A stretch of 62,000 nucleotides of DNA, taken from positions 144,001-206,000 of the forward strand of contig NW_008806284.1 of assembly GCF_000400465.1 (NCBI RefSeq), given 5' to 3'. Both the position numbers and the translations under genes were made by a program. The stretch is from Wallemia ichthyophaga EXF-994. Taxonomy: Eukaryota; Fungi; Basidiomycota. Every line of letters begins with the position of its first letter. The stretch's first letter is position 1. Of this stretch, positions 33,729-50,880 are shown one piece after another. Below the pieces are notes generated by a model. The model saw nothing but the letters and a program-made list of their open reading frames with translations, was not told the origin of the DNA and made no database searches.

Positions 33729-36022
33729 ATGAGCTACAATGATTATGACAATGATGGCTACTACGACGCCTACGACGATGAATATTCTACACGTTCTCGC
33801 AAGCCAACCAATTACAGCTTAGGCGTCCCCTCCTACAATCCCCGCTACAAAGGATCTAATTACCGCGAAGAGCCAATCAAATTGAGTGCAGAAAATGACC
33901 ACGTCATTATCCTTGGCTTTGAGGATTACTGGACTGAAGATGACGTGCGAAGATGACGCTGTTCCTCACCCCAACACTCACTGACTGTTCCACACAGCTG
34001 AGGCTTGCTATCGAGACCCTTGGTGGTAGCGTTGAAACCACTACAATCATCAAGGAGAAAGGCACTGGTGGGTTGTTATATTTGTTTGTCGAATTCCACT
34101 CACTATCCCACTCCTCACCAGGTATCAGCCGTGGTTTCGGTTTCGCTAAATTCACTTCCACCGCACATGCCTCCGCTTTCGTCAAACCCCGTTTCCCCAG
34201 TTTCCAGTTGCCTGGTTCTGCCCTCACACAGAAGATCGACTTTAGTGCTTCTGCTCAAGCTAACGAACAGCGGCGGACAGGTCACAACAAAAACGACGGT
34301 ACCCGCGATATTGGTAATGTTCCCAGTCGTATCGTACTACTCCGCGGTCTAGACGCCGACAGCACCGAGTTTGATGTCGAGTATGCCCTCAAATGCGCAC
34401 AAGCCAAGCCTAAACGCGTTGCATTGATACGCGATCGCGAGAATGACCTTAGCTTTGGCTTCGCTTTTGCAGAATTCCCAAACGTTGCCGCTGCTCAGGC
34501 ATTTATTGCTAAAACCCTTTCTCCTGATGTCTACCCAATCGGGTTCAGAATACAGGATAAATTGGTAGCATGTACTTTCGCACTCGAGTTGAGTCTTTCA
34601 GGCTTAGAGGCACCTAAAGGTCTCAATGATGGTATTCGCTATTGGGACGGCACCGGGAAGCCGTGGATAATAGATTGCGATGAGGGCTGGCTCGAAGCTG
34701 CGCAGAAAACAAAGAAGAAACAGAGTGAGTGTGAGACGATTGCATTCTGGGCAGCGCGCTGAGTGGTTATTTAGAAGTAGACAACGGTACTAGAGGCGTC
34801 TTGCACGGCTTGGTACCTCAAGGCCCGCCATCTAAAGCAGAGCAGAGCAAGAAACCAAAGGCATTGAGCAAGACTTCGACAGGCCCCATTAAGATTGGAA
34901 TAGGTGGTGGCGCTGCGAGTGCTCTGGCATCTGGTTCGGCTACTCCGGCTGCATCTGCTACGTCTGCTCCGTCTACTGCTGCCCCTCAACACAACCCAGG
35001 CAAGCCGAAACACATCTCTATATTGGGACAGGATGAGTCAGACGATGATGATGTTAGTGGTGTCGATCCGACGTGAGTAGAATAGCGTTGTTTGACTTGT
35101 GACTTGCTCAAACATTCACAGCGCTCCTGACGATAAGTCAAAGAAAACAATTCCGCAACTAGCTACCAATAAGAAAGTAGGTTGAGTCGGATTTTTTGTC
35201 ACAGGAACAAGCTGACAGTTTAAAGACTGCGTCTAAAATCAATCTATGGAATCAAAAGCAGGGGGAGTTGAGAACGACAATGAATGAAAGTGGTGATGAG
35301 ACGAAGGCGACGGGTGAGGTAGGTGTTGTTGGTGTTATTTTGGCAAGCACTGACGTGAGATTAGAATAGAGCAGCAGCAAATGGACCTGAAGCCGACGCA
35401 CCAGCGGTCAATGCAACTCCAGCATCCAAAGACAGCAATGAATTAACAAGCTTTGATTATTCAGATACGTCCAAAATGGCTTGTTTACTCTGTCAGCGTC
35501 AGTTTAAAGCTTTAGATATACTGCGCAAGCACACTGCACAGTCCGATCTGCACAAGGTGGGTTGGGAGCGTGAGGAAACTTGCAAGCAATCTCACACATG
35601 CATCACAGAACAACCTCAAGAATGAGCAAGCGTGCGAAGCGGGCAAGCAGCGTAAATGGACAATCAGCCCCAAGTACACTGACAGGGCAGTGAAGCGTCG
35701 TGAAGTATACGGCCAGCCTGATAACCCAGTTGGAGGGCCAAACAAAAAGAGGAAGAGTGAGGGCGTAGACGTGAGTGCGGCTGGACCAAGTGAAGAAGCA
35801 GTGGATAAGGGAAAGAATCTGCTCGAGAAGATGGGATGGAATCAAGGAGCGGGATTGGGGAATAAGAATGATGGGATAGTCAACCCAGTTGAGAGTCTCA
35901 TCTATGAAGGTAAAGCGGGTCTGGGGGCGAGTAAGGGCAAGGATATTGGATATGCTGGTAGGGGATATCTAGAGAATGCTAGAGTAGCAGCGAAAGAGAG
36001 GTATGAAGATGATAAGTCGTAA
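33729..36022 (+). CDS. RBM5/RBM10-like splicing regulator (2 RRM, C2H2 zinc finger, G-patch), multi-exon
   Basis: SRGFGFAKF and SFGFAFAEF (RNP1), CLLCQRQFK..LRKH...SDLHK, GKNLLEKMGWNQGAGLG G-patch. Confidence 0.85.
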
Positions 36023-36175
36023 GGTATTGATGGATTATTTTGTATTGAAATGCTTGATAATCAAATTTTCATGAGATGATTTATAGAGTTAAATGATGAT
36101 GAAGGAAGGAAAGATGACATTTGAGTAATACTGGCTTACTTTTAGTTATTTAAAAGACATAAATGGTTTCATAAG

Positions 36176-36804
36176 ATGACAATCACGATTGAAACTGCGG
36201 TTGGAGATAAAGGCGAGGTGTTTGAGGCGTGTTTAGGTATACGAATGAAGGGTCAGTAGGGAACACATGTGTGTGATTACAAGTTGAGATATATTCAGTA
36301 TTCGTACAAGAACAAGGGTTTGTAGATGAGATTGATAAGTTAGTTTCTGCGTCGGGTGTTTTAAAGGCTTACGTGTATTTCAGTAATGAATCAGCTGCGA
36401 TACACATACTAGCTTTAGATCAAGGTAAACCAGTTGGTACTGTTAGATTGGTGTTGAAGAATGAAGAGAAATGTAAATTAACAAGGTTGGCTGTGTTAAG
36501 TGAATACAGTTAGTTATATTTCCTGCTGATGAATCCCTTTAAATCTTAAACACTTGAACTTACAGGAAAATTTAAACTTGGTGGAATGTTAATAGAGACA
36601 CTGATAAACAAAGCAAGACAACTCCAATTGAAAGAGATTATCTGCCATTCTCAATTGCCTGTCGTTGGTCTCTATCAGAGGTATGTCACCCCCACTTGAC
36701 TCATATTCCCGATGTCAATCCATCCCAGGTACGGGTTTCAAGTTTTTGGTGGTAAATTTGATGAGGATGGTGCACCACACCTTCCACTAAACTTGCACTT
36801 GTAG
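36176..36804 (+). CDS. ElaA/YjcF-like GNAT acetyltransferase, 143 aa, 5 exons; absent from the ORF track
   Basis: Introns 36252-36298, 36339-36383, 36509-36565 and 36681-36728 (all GT-AG) give IRMKVFVQEQ..HILALDQGKPVGTVRL..LTRLAVLSEYR..LYQRYGF..FDEDGAPH. Confidence 0.85.
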
Positions 36805-36881
36805 ATAAATCAAAATTTTCAATTTTATCATCTAAATTTATGCCGCTGCTGACTTACATTCATCAGGAAAATAAAAAAATA

Positions 36882-39800
36882 ATGAGGGGCAAGAAGACGG
36901 TAAAGCAGCCACAGCAGCCACAGCAGAGGCGTAGATCTTCAAGGAGCAGTGTAGTTCAACAGCGCAGGGATTCAATGGATAGCGCCAGTGCTAGTGCGAG
37001 TGGAGCTAGCACATCGACACCAACAAAGCCAGTATCACCGCATTCATCACCTATTATACAGAGAGTATTTAATACGACTTCAATACCTGCTATAGGCGCA
37101 TTACCCATTCAATTCGATCAAGAAGGTGATCCAATTCCTTATACAACAACAGCGAATTCTGCAACTGCAGGCAAATCTACAATCCCAATACCACCATCCC
37201 AGCCATTGGACTTGAATAGAGTTAGATTAGAAGCTCCACATGAGCCTAGTAGAACTAAGCACAGAATGTTCAATTTGCCTCATTGTCCTGTCTTCTATCC
37301 AACTGAACAGGAATGGAATCTTAACCCTTTTGAATACTTGGAATCCTTATCCGATAATCATAAGGCTTATGATTACGGTATTTGTAAGATTGTACCACCA
37401 CCCAACTGGAGACCTGAATTCAGCTTGGATTCCAGTAGATTTAGGTTTAGAAGCAGATCTCAGAAGCTAGACACTGTCACTGCTTCTGCTAGAGTCAAGC
37501 ATAATTACTCAAAGCAATTGTTTCGCTTCCATGACCAGAATGGCTCAAATTTATCACCTAATCCACACGTAGATCATCGCCCAATTGACCTTTATAAGCT
37601 CAAAGTTGATGTTGCTAGTTTGGGTGGTTTCGATATGGTTAGTTGGTTTAATCATCTTGATTCCCACTCATTTCCACTTTCACAGGTTGAAATCTCTAAC
37701 CAATGGTCACTCATCGCTAAAGAACACGGATTAAAAAAAGTCAAACCTTTCGTTCAACCTTTTAGACAAGCTTACATTGATTACATTAAGCCTTACGAGA
37801 CTTTTATCTCAACTTTCAAGGCTAAATCTGACAAGGATCGTCAAGGCGAAATTGATATGAGTTTTGATGACATGGACAACATCAAATATAGGCTCAATGG
37901 CGAAAACAGCTATGATGAAATCAACAAGTCCGAGATCAACAACGGCGGCGATCAAATATTGCAAAATGTCGACCTCGAACAGGGCTCGGCGCTCCCGAAA
38001 AGACTTGTTATGGATCAATCCCCACAAACTCCAATGATTGCGTCTCCTTCACCCAACAAATCAAGCATCAACTCCAAATATCACCCTTGCTCAAATTGTC
38101 AGCGCAAAGACAACGACGTAAAACTCCTCGAGTGCCATGAATGCGAGAAATTTTTCCATCTCAGTTGTCTCATCTACCCACTTAAGATGAAACCTGCAGT
38201 TAGTGAATGGTTCTGCGATGGTTGTCTTTATGGTAGTGGTGAATACGGTTTCGACGAAGGTGAAGACCACTGCCTCGCCAGTTTCCAAGCACGTGATGAA
38301 GAATTCAGAAAGTTTTGGTTCGAGACACACCCACCACTGATGAAGGGCCGTGTCGCACCTAATGGTATTGAGCAGCGCCTTGGCAATCGCATAGTCTCCG
38401 AAGACGACGTTGAGAAAGAGTTCTGGAGGCTCGTTGACTGTCCTGAAGAAACAGTACAGACTGAGTATGGAGCTGATATTCACACTACGGAAACAGGCAG
38501 TGCTTTTCCTACTCTCAAGACCAACCCCACAAGTAAATACGCCACTAGTGGATGGAATCTAGAAAACATGCCAGGATATGAAGGCTCAATTTTGAGTTAC
38601 ATTAAGAGCGATGTTAGTGGAATGACCGTGCCTTGGATTTACGTTGGCATGATGTTTTCTACTTTCTGCTGGCACAATGAGGACCACTATACTTACTCTG
38701 TCAACTACATGCACTGGGGTGAAACCAAGACGTGGTACGGCGTGCCTGGAAAGGATCATGAGGCTTTCGAAGAAGCTATGAGGAATTCTGCACCTGATCT
38801 TTTTAAACAGCAACCAGACCTTCTCCTTCAGTTAGTCACTCTTGGTAACCCCGGTCAACTTAAGGAGGCTGGTGTACCTATGTATGTATGCGACCAACGT
38901 CCAAATGAGTTTGTTATTACGTTCCCGCGAGCTTTCCACTGTGGCTTTAACCATGGGCTGAATTTCAACGAGGCTGTTAATTTCGCACTCCCTGATTGGA
39001 TTCCTGAAGGAAAAGCATGTGTGGAGAAATACAGATCTCTCAAGCGCAATCCCATTTTCTCGCACGATGAGCTGCTCATTACTATACTCAATAAAGGATT
39101 CGAGGACTCGACTTGGATATATCTCAAGGATGCCGTACTTGATATGCTCAACGACGAGGTTGAAAGTAGGAGGCGGTTTGCAACAATTGGAGGGAGTGTG
39201 GAGGCAGTCGAAAGATATGTCAATGAGGATGATTACCAATGCTGCAACTGTCGCGCTTATACGTATCTCTCACAGCTATTCGATAAAGAAACCAAGAAGA
39301 TATATTGTCACAAACATTTTGACACTTTCGTCGAGAATACCCAGCCAGATAATAGACTGATGAGAGTCAGATACAGTGACGAGGAATTGGATAGCTTTGC
39401 AAAGATTGTGACCGATCACAAGCAGCAGAATCCGGAATGGATTAATAGCACTAAAGAGCTATTGGGCAGTGAAATGAAGCATAAACTACAAGACCTCAAG
39501 AATCATCTTAAAGGAGCAGTTGGAGTTCCGCAGCGTTCACCAGAGTACGCTCAATTAAAAAGCCTTATACGTGAAGCTGAATTGTGGATCTTCCAAGCAA
39601 ACAACTTCTGGCTAATGAGACAGAATGAGCCTTTTGATATGAGGGACACATTCGACGGTAACACTAGCAAATTTAACAAGTACGAAACGTTAACAGCTTT
39701 GGTGTACTCGCCACTCAGACAGAGAATCGACGTTGATACGTATTTTCAACATTTATACTCTTTAGAGAAGATCAAAGAGGAGCTTGACTGGGTGATTGAG

Positions 39801-41877
39801 ACGTGTGGAAAATACTCTCGCACTACCGTCATTGATGCACACAATAAACCAGAATTCGAAAGGGTGTTGCAGGTACTAGAATGGGCCAATGTGAGGGGTA
39901 TGAGTCAATGTCAACAGATGTATTATATCAAGAGAACACTCGAATGGTTCGACGCGGTAGCTGACTTGAGTGCTGTAAAGTATGCACAACAAGTAGACGC
40001 CCTTCTTCAGGAATCTGTAATGCTGCAGCTCGATTTTCACCCTCAGGTCGATCTGCTCAAGGTGCTGAAAGCATCAGGTTTCACATGGCGCTCAAAGGCC
40101 CTCAAATTGTGCTCTCACGTCGCCATCTCTCCAGAGGAAGTCCAGAAGTTGCTCAATGAAAACGAGATTAAAGACGAAAATCTGGAAGCAGATTTCGAGC
40201 GGATGATGGTGTTTAATGGTCATGTGCGTAACGCTCTCGATCATAATGTCGACAGCCTTAGCCATGATGGAGCCTTCTTGGAAAATGCCAAGACGGAGCT
40301 CGAATTCGTTAAGAAATATCGTTTCAAAGTGAAGAACTACAAGAATTTCGACATGCTGATGAAGCTCTATGAGACGTTTATACGGAAATTGAGCAACGCA
40401 CTGCGCATCGATCTCGTTGGTTTTGACGAGCTGAAGTTGGAGAAGCAGGCACAGTTCGAGATAGAGAAGGTAAGTATGATTGGGAAAGATGCTTATCGTT
40501 TCTGACTGTTTGATCACAGTTACATAAACGACTACTCGAGCGCACTAACACTGCAGATGGCACCGAACGCATGTGTGTGTGTAGAGCAGAGAAGACCAAC
40601 GTAAACGAAAGTGATGATAATGTGATGGATTGTAATACCTGCGGTGTGGCTTTCCACAAGGCTTGTCTGCCAGATGGGCACTTAGCAGCACAGACAAATG
40701 ACACATTCGATTGTCTGGTTTGCAAACCGGTTGTCAAAACAATTGACCAGGACGACCTTCCTAATTACAAGCAACTCGCATCGATCAGAAAGAACAGCAT
40801 CGATGGCTACTACGACAAAGTCAGAGTACGTACCGTACCTGTGAAGTGTTTAGTCGATATTTATGAAAGGTGTGAGGGCGACGGTTATATAAAGATGCTA
40901 GGGGAAGCTTCTGCCTCGGAAGATATTGGAGTCTTGCGCAATACCGCTCTTACGCTTTTAGGACTCGGTGTCACATTCGAAGGCTTCGACCCAGCTGTGT
41001 TGATAGACAAGATCCACACTCTCAGCGCGGGTAAGAAGAGGAAGTCAGAGGTGAATGCAAATGGCTTTGATGACCCATGGGCAAGGACGCAAGGACGCAC
41101 GCGCAGACCCAAGTTTCTCTTCCATCAAGATCCACCAACGGTGAACGAAGCGGATGACAAAGGCATAGTGAAGCATTGTATATGCCAGAAATTCAAGGAC
41201 AAAGTACAAAATCAGATTAGTACAATGATTTTGGGATGCGATAGATGTAAGAATTGGTTCCACGTTGAGTGTATGGGCGGCGCCCATCAGCTGGAGAGGC
41301 TCTCTGGTCAGAAATTCAATTGTCCGTGCTGCTCGCTCAAGTTTGGTAGATCGTTCCAGTTTATTCCAGTGTTAGTACAGGATCAGGGTAAGTAATGTGG
41401 TGCTGCGTGTAGATAGAAAAGCCTAACACACAAGCAGTCGACATTGGTAGCAGCATATACGTCGATATTGGCCAGACTGTGAAAGCATTAAACCATCTAG
41501 TCAAGTTCGAGGCTGCGCCAAAATTGGTGGATGAAACCGTTATCGTGTTGCATCTGCATAAGTTTATTATAGGTGCAATTGAGCTGCCTACTCAGAGCAA
41601 CGTTTCAAACAAGAGCGCTATGAGCACGCCGGATTCTACCGTGGACGGTGTTAAGAGGAGAAAAATCAAGGAAGAGCCTGATCAGCAGGAACAGCAGGAA
41701 CAACAGGAGCAGCAGGAAGAGCTAGAACAAGAAGAAGAAGAAAATCAGGAACAACAAGAGCAGCAACAGGAACAGCAATCAGCAGCACGTACAACACGCA
41801 TCGGTAAAATCACAGGATGGCACCCTGCTGGTGATAACAGCGATATGGGAAGCGTAGATATAGAAATCTCAGTATAA
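36882..41877 (+). CDS. JARID1/KDM5 histone H3K4 demethylase (JmjN, ARID, PHD, JmjC, C5HC2, PHDs)
   Basis: PVFYPTEQEW, YGICKIVPP, IDLYKLK, EYGADIH, GMMFSTFCWHNEDH, FPRAFHCGFNHG, several PHD Cys patterns, E/Q-rich tail. Confidence 0.95.
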
Positions 41878-41972
41878 AGAAAATAAATTTAAATTATTTC
41901 ACATAACTCTTGTATTTCTGTAATCTATCTTTTAGCAATTGACGTCCATCTTCAAAGTCACAGGAGATATCG

Positions 41973-44841
41973 ATGGAAAGAGAAGGCGATGACGACGGCA
42001 ACGGCAGCAAATTGGATTCGGCCGATGGATCCAACAGTCCGAATCCACCACAGTCTGCGGAGCTTAGCAGTCCACCAAAGGAAGCAGACAAGGCTCCAAA
42101 GACCGACTCACACGACTCACGCGACCTCCAACAACGCGACAGCGGGATATCTCCGAAAGACCCCAGCTCTAGTCCACCGCCTTCAGACGCTGCTCGACGT
42201 GTCAAGATATATAAGCTCACTACCCAAGACTGGGTCGATCATGGCACTGGGTTTTGCACGGGAATCTACGACTCAGACCACGACGAGGCGATGCTTGTCG
42301 TTACCAACGAAGACAACCAAGATCAGGTACTCCTCAATCATCATATAAGTCCCGCCGATATATACTCGCGGCAGCAAGATACTTTGATAGTATGGACAGA
42401 GTCTGATGGCACTGACTGTGCTCTCTCTTTCCAGGAAGCTGATGGCTGTCTCGAAATGTGGGACTTCATCTCCCAGGTCCAGCGACACGTTCAGAAGGCT
42501 GATGATTATCCGTATATCATCGATTCACCCGTCCAGCGGAGACAAAAATCGAGTCAAAAACTTAACCTGCCGCCGGAACGTCCAGACTTGGGAAATTTGG
42601 AAGACGTGTGCTTCTGTATAAAGGAGTGCCTTACTAGGACCATCACCAACATGCATCAAAAAGAACGGTTCATCACTTGGCTCATTAACAATAATTACAT
42701 CGCTCAGCTTATTTCAGTTTTCAATCAAGCTGAGGACCTAGAAGCACTGAGCGAATTGCACGTACTGTGCACTATCTTCCATCAGCTATGTGAGACGTCT
42801 TCTTTACCTCGTGGATGATTACTCACACTGTCTCACAGTATCGGCAAATGATAGCGTTGTTTTTGAGTATGTCCTTTCCGATGATATATTCTTGGGCATG
42901 TGCGGTGTGTTGGAGTATGACCCTGAGTATCCTACTCTCAAAGCATCGTATCGACTCGATCTCACTACGACATCGCGATACAAAGAAGTAGTGCAGATCA
43001 ATGACCTAGGCTTGAAGTCTAAGATACATCAGACCTACCGTCTCCTATACCTCAAAGACGTAATTTTGGCGAGAACTCTAGACGACTCGACTTTCACTTT
43101 ACTCAATTCATTCGTCTATTATAACCAGATCGATATCATAAAACATATCCAAAACGATAAGGATTTCCTCGATAGGTTGTTTGGGATCTTCAGCGATTCA
43201 TCAAGTGATACTGTCGATCCGCCACCTACTTTACGTCAAGATGCAGTCTTGTTCCTTAGGGATTTATGCACGATGGGCAAAAACGTACAGATACAGACAA
43301 GGCAGGAGCTTTATAGGGCGTTAGTCAATCGAAACTTATTGAACGTTTGCAAATGGTCAATCAAGAGGAGTGAACCGATCTTGCATAATACTGGGTCAGA
43401 AATCCTAATGATCGTCATTGACAATGAGCCTAATACTGTCAGACTTTATATTCTCAACGAAGCAAATTCGACAAAGGAGAAATCCAAGGAGAATTACACA
43501 CTAATGCAGGAGATGTGCTTTAGCTTGGATAGCAGTAGAGATCTAGGATATAGGAATCAAATAGCTGAGGCTATCAGATTGCTTCTCGAGCCGCCGCTAT
43601 CTGCGTCAGAAGCTGCGTGGACAGTCGCTAAACCTAAGGCTGATCCTACGAGTGATGAGTTCCTCAGCTATTTCTATGATACATGTATCAATGGACTCTT
43701 CAAGCCACTGCTCGATATTCCTGACATATCTCTACATGAAGGTAAGTGAGGACATATTATAGTTGACGCAATCTAACTATATCAAAGCACCTCCTCAACT
43801 TGACTTTGACAAAGCCACTCTAGCGCTTGCTCTCTGCGATCTCCTGTCTTTCTTCGTCTTGAATCATCACTTCAGAGCACAATACTTTATCCTCCAAACG
43901 CCTATCTCGGCTAAGATAGTACAATTACTGCGCGTCAAGCAGAAGTATTTGAGGCTTGGTGGGTTATTTATTAAAATTACGGTCTTTGCTGATATAGTTT
44001 AGCCGCATTGCGATACCTCCGCGCTTGCGTCTCGCTCAATAATGAGTTTATAGTGCGGTACATCGATAAGCAGGACATATTCAAACCAATGCTCGATGTT
44101 GCTCTAAGAGAGGGCCGTAAGGATAACCTGATCAGCGCTTCTATTCTGGATCTTTTTGAAACAATTCGAAGAATTAATAACAGGACGATGATTAATAGTC
44201 TAGTTGGAAATCATGAGGACGATGTGAAGCAATTGATTAAATACCCCCTACTGAGTGAATTATTCACTAAATTGTACTACAGATGGGAGCAGCTCAATGA
44301 ACCAGCCCAGCCAGAGGCGTCAACGAGCACCGTGATTGATAATTCGGGCGGGTTCATTCGTGAACGAAAATCAAGTGATGCAACAGCTGAGGATGACTAC
44401 TTTAATAAGGATGACGGTGAAGATGAGGCTCGTAATTATATAAACGACGATCCTGGCGGAGGAGGATTAGGGCCAGGGTCGGGTTCGCATAAAGTAACGC
44501 ATCAATCACTTAACAACACGCCGACTGCCACGTCGACAAGTCTTGTCGATTACATGGATGAAGACGAGGAAGAGAATACACGGCCTTTACCTGAAACACC
44601 TAAAAAAGAAGAGGAGGAAGAGGAGAAGCAGGAGCAGGGAGAGAAAGAAAAGCCAGCTGAGGATCGACTTACACAAATGGAAGTGAAGCTGTCGGAGAAG
44701 AGGCAGCGCGAAGATGATGAAGATGACCAGGTTGCTCAGTTGATGCATAGTAAGAAACGACTCTCACCGAATGTTAGTGAGACTCAGACTAATGATGATA
44801 AATGTTCAACGAGTAGTTCGAATAATAGTGTCAGCAGTTAA
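41973..44841 (+). CDS. PSY2: Protein phosphatase 4 regulatory subunit 3 (Psy2/SMEK), multi-exon
   Basis: EVH1-like RRVKIY.L..DWVDHGTG, RQQDTLIVW, ALSFQEADGC; SMK-1 domain LEYDPEYP, KIHQTYRLLYLKDVILAR; acidic tail. Confidence 0.92.
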
Positions 44842-44999
44842 TGATTAATTCCTATAACATTTATACACATATTTATTGTCATTGCCGATATTGCCGCCAT
44901 TATGTTTGATAAAATACCATTTAAGTAACTTCTAAAGCCTTTAAATGCCTTGAGCTAAAGGATTACGACATTCTTGGATCTGAAGACACCTTGTTGTTT

Positions 45000-47292
45000 A
45001 TGACCACCAACACGGAATGTATAAATGCTTATTCCGAGATCTACAAATATCCCAAGAGGAGGCACTTAAATCAAAACTCTCATAGTGAAAATATCGACGC
45101 CACCACTCAATCTCTCCCTTCGAAATCACAGCCGTCGACTTCGACCCACGCCGCAACCGTATCGGGAATTTCATCACCATCCAACGGCACCAAACTTAAA
45201 GACAGAGTTTTGTCTAGGCTAGCTTGGTCAAAGAGGGAGGATATACCATCACTGTTTGATGAGCGTGCTTCCGTTAAGTTCGCATTAGATAGGTGCTATG
45301 ACTGGGAGGAGAGTATTGCGATATACAAAGACAACCGCGTGGAAATCTACGGTGATCATTCAATGCCATTCAGGATGAGCAAAGAAGTCAAGTTGAGCGT
45401 CGATTTACAATCAAATGGCACCAGCGTCAGCTTGTACTCCGCCACAGATTTCTGTCTCTGTATACGCACCTCACCGCCTAAACACCATTTACCCAGACGA
45501 TACGCTGGTACTAATCTTATTTTCCTCAAATTCAAGACTATCAAGATTGCCAAGACGTGGTTATGGACAATGTGGACAATTAAGAATTCAAACAAACTTC
45601 CAAAAGAATTAGATGTCAAGCTGCCAGCTCTTGGTTCCCACGTCAGGTTCCCAATCGACTTTACTGATCACAATGATGTCAATAGCCACGCGATAGTTGC
45701 AAGATGTAGAAACATACTTACTAGAATGGACATCAGAGGTGTCACTCCAGAAAAATCTACACAAACAGGCTTCTCATTATGCTGGCGTAGAGGTAAGTTC
45801 GGTCTAGAGTGGTTGAGTAACCAAGCTACGTACGAAGAGATTCTCGTTGGTTGTTGCATGCTCCAAACTCAGGTATTTCCAAAATTGGAACTAAGAAGAC
45901 GAGCATTTGAAAAAGTTGGCATTAAATACGACGCCAACACCACACTATACCCTCCTCAACCAGTTGAAGGCCATCTCAGTAGAATAACGCTGATATCACA
46001 AAAAAGAGTAAAGACATACCTCAGTACACATGATTCTCTTATTTTCGTGCTCAAAAATACAACAGCGTCGCTGAAAGCATCACATGATGATGAGTTAGAC
46101 AAGATGCGTTGCTGTAGACAGATCAGAGAGGCTGTTGGTTTCATTGATATGGGACATATCGTATCAATTAGAAGGATTTTTGAGAGTCCAAAACGTAAAG
46201 ACGAATACCCGATCTATATCGACGACAAGCTCCACAACGGCGATAAGGTCTGGGACAAGCATGAGGAGGGTGACGAAGGAAGTGAAGAAGTGTTTGGAAA
46301 ACTATCTCAGAATGAGAAGAACGAGCTACATACAAGGAGGCAATTTGGACTGGAGTTAGTCTCTGGTCACTTTGCCAAGTTTGAAGTGAGTATCGGGAAT
46401 TTTAAGTTTCCGCATAGGCTAATCTTCAACAGGCACCCTCAGTTAAGCTTTGCTTAGAATGGATTGTAAGCTTAGGAGAGTTATGCTCGTATTGGAATAA
46501 ACGAACGAGAACAGACGCAAATCTGTTGATGGAAATATCGAATTGCGGACTAGCTGCACCTCATGCTGCAAACGCAATCAATCAACTAGTCGTACCGACG
46601 AATATACCCCATAATGATGATGACGGACCAGCTGTTGAAGATCCAGATGCCGGTGCACCGCTCCTATCACAGCTTTGGAACTGGAGTGTACTTGAGAACA
46701 TCAAACCTATAGTGAAAATCGGAAAATGCTTTATGAGGAAGTCTTTTAGAGGATCTTGGAGGTGGGAGCATTACAATCGCATGTTGCTACTTCTGACAGT
46801 TGCAATAGTGAATACATACTTATTCTTACTGCTGATGGAATGCTACATAGATGGCAGATAGCCCCACTCAATCCATCGAAAAGTAAGAAAGCCAATGAGA
46901 TACTTAATAGAAAAAAGTCTTCAATAAGTCTTTATCACGCATTCGTATTAACATCAGATGATTTGATACTCGTTAATTCCAGCGACGAGATACAGACACC
47001 AACAAAAGGGCTGCGAATGTCATCAAGGAGAGCAGCTAAAGCTCCTGATAGACTGTATGACGATGGACTTATCGCATGTGAATCTGAACCCTCAGACCTG
47101 GCATTCATGCTGTGGTGCAGACCTAAGTCGAAGAAGGCTATTGATTGCTTGGATAAGGACGCGGATAAATTCGAAGTTAGAACTAGATCAAGGTTGGAGA
47201 GGGATCACTGGTGCTGGTGTTTGGAATCAATTATTGATAGAATCTCAGAAGAAAACAATGATGTTTTTAGAAACGTTTCTGGGATTTCCTAA
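45000..47292 (+). CDS. Multi-PH-domain protein, Spo71/Mug56-like
   Basis: LYSATDFCLCI, VEGHLSR..YLSTHDSLIF, RRQFGLEL..GHFAKFE, C-terminal PH-like 'EVRTRSRLERDHWCWCL'. Assignment by recalled resemblance. Confidence 0.62.
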
Positions 47293-47332
47293 TGTGTTTT
47301 GTATTTGTACATTTCTTTTTAACTATACATCC

Positions 47333-50361
<3,029 letters not shown>

Positions 50362-50387
50362 TCCACACTACACCGTCATCGACGTGA

Positions 50388-50717
50388 TTAAAGCGATAGA
50401 TATAGTATAATACAAATTAATATTCCGATAAAATTAATTTGCGTGGGTGGTATAGCGCTCGTAGCATGTGAAATTGTCGTGCAGCTTGTGTTTGCGATTG
50501 AATACGTGTGCAAGCTAGCCTTCAGTTGGGTGGTGTTGTAGTAGTAACAAGTCGGTTGAGTGTGATTCTGGCATTCGGTACTTTGAAAATCTCCGCCAAC
50601 GGCGCTGCAGGCCATCTTTATAGCCTGGCGCCGTATTTCCGAATCGTTAGGCGTATACACGAAAAAGGTGCCTGTGCACCCCCTATCGCCGTCGTCGAAG
50701 CATGTAGAGCTTTCCAT
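50388..50717 (-). CDS. Putative small Cys-rich protein with a C-terminal hydrophobic (GPI-like) tail
   Basis: 109-aa ORF, six Cys before the tail, Ser/Thr-rich stretch, ends INFIGILICIILYLSL. No signal peptide was found, so the 5' end is unresolved. Confidence 0.4.
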   Translation of the reverse strand: MESSTCFDDGDRGCTGTFFVYTPNDSEIRRQAIKMACSAVGGDFQSTECQNHTQPTCYYYNTTQLKASLHTYSIANTSCTTISHATSAIPPTQINFIGILICIILYLSL

Positions 50718-50880
50718 TTAGTGGTGCAACTGCGAACGCGTCAGCCTTATTACCGCTGCCAATTTCCTGCCTACTATCCCAGTCCCACTTTGCGGTTTGG
50801 TGTGATGAGCAACATATAAAATGCCTGGACGAACGTAATTGATCTCAGGAACCGAATTAGAGATACAAATTTGACCGATT

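Noticed and set aside
41680-41785. CAG/GAA-rich repeat
   Set aside because: Ordinary Glu/Gln low-complexity tail within the KDM5 coding sequence.
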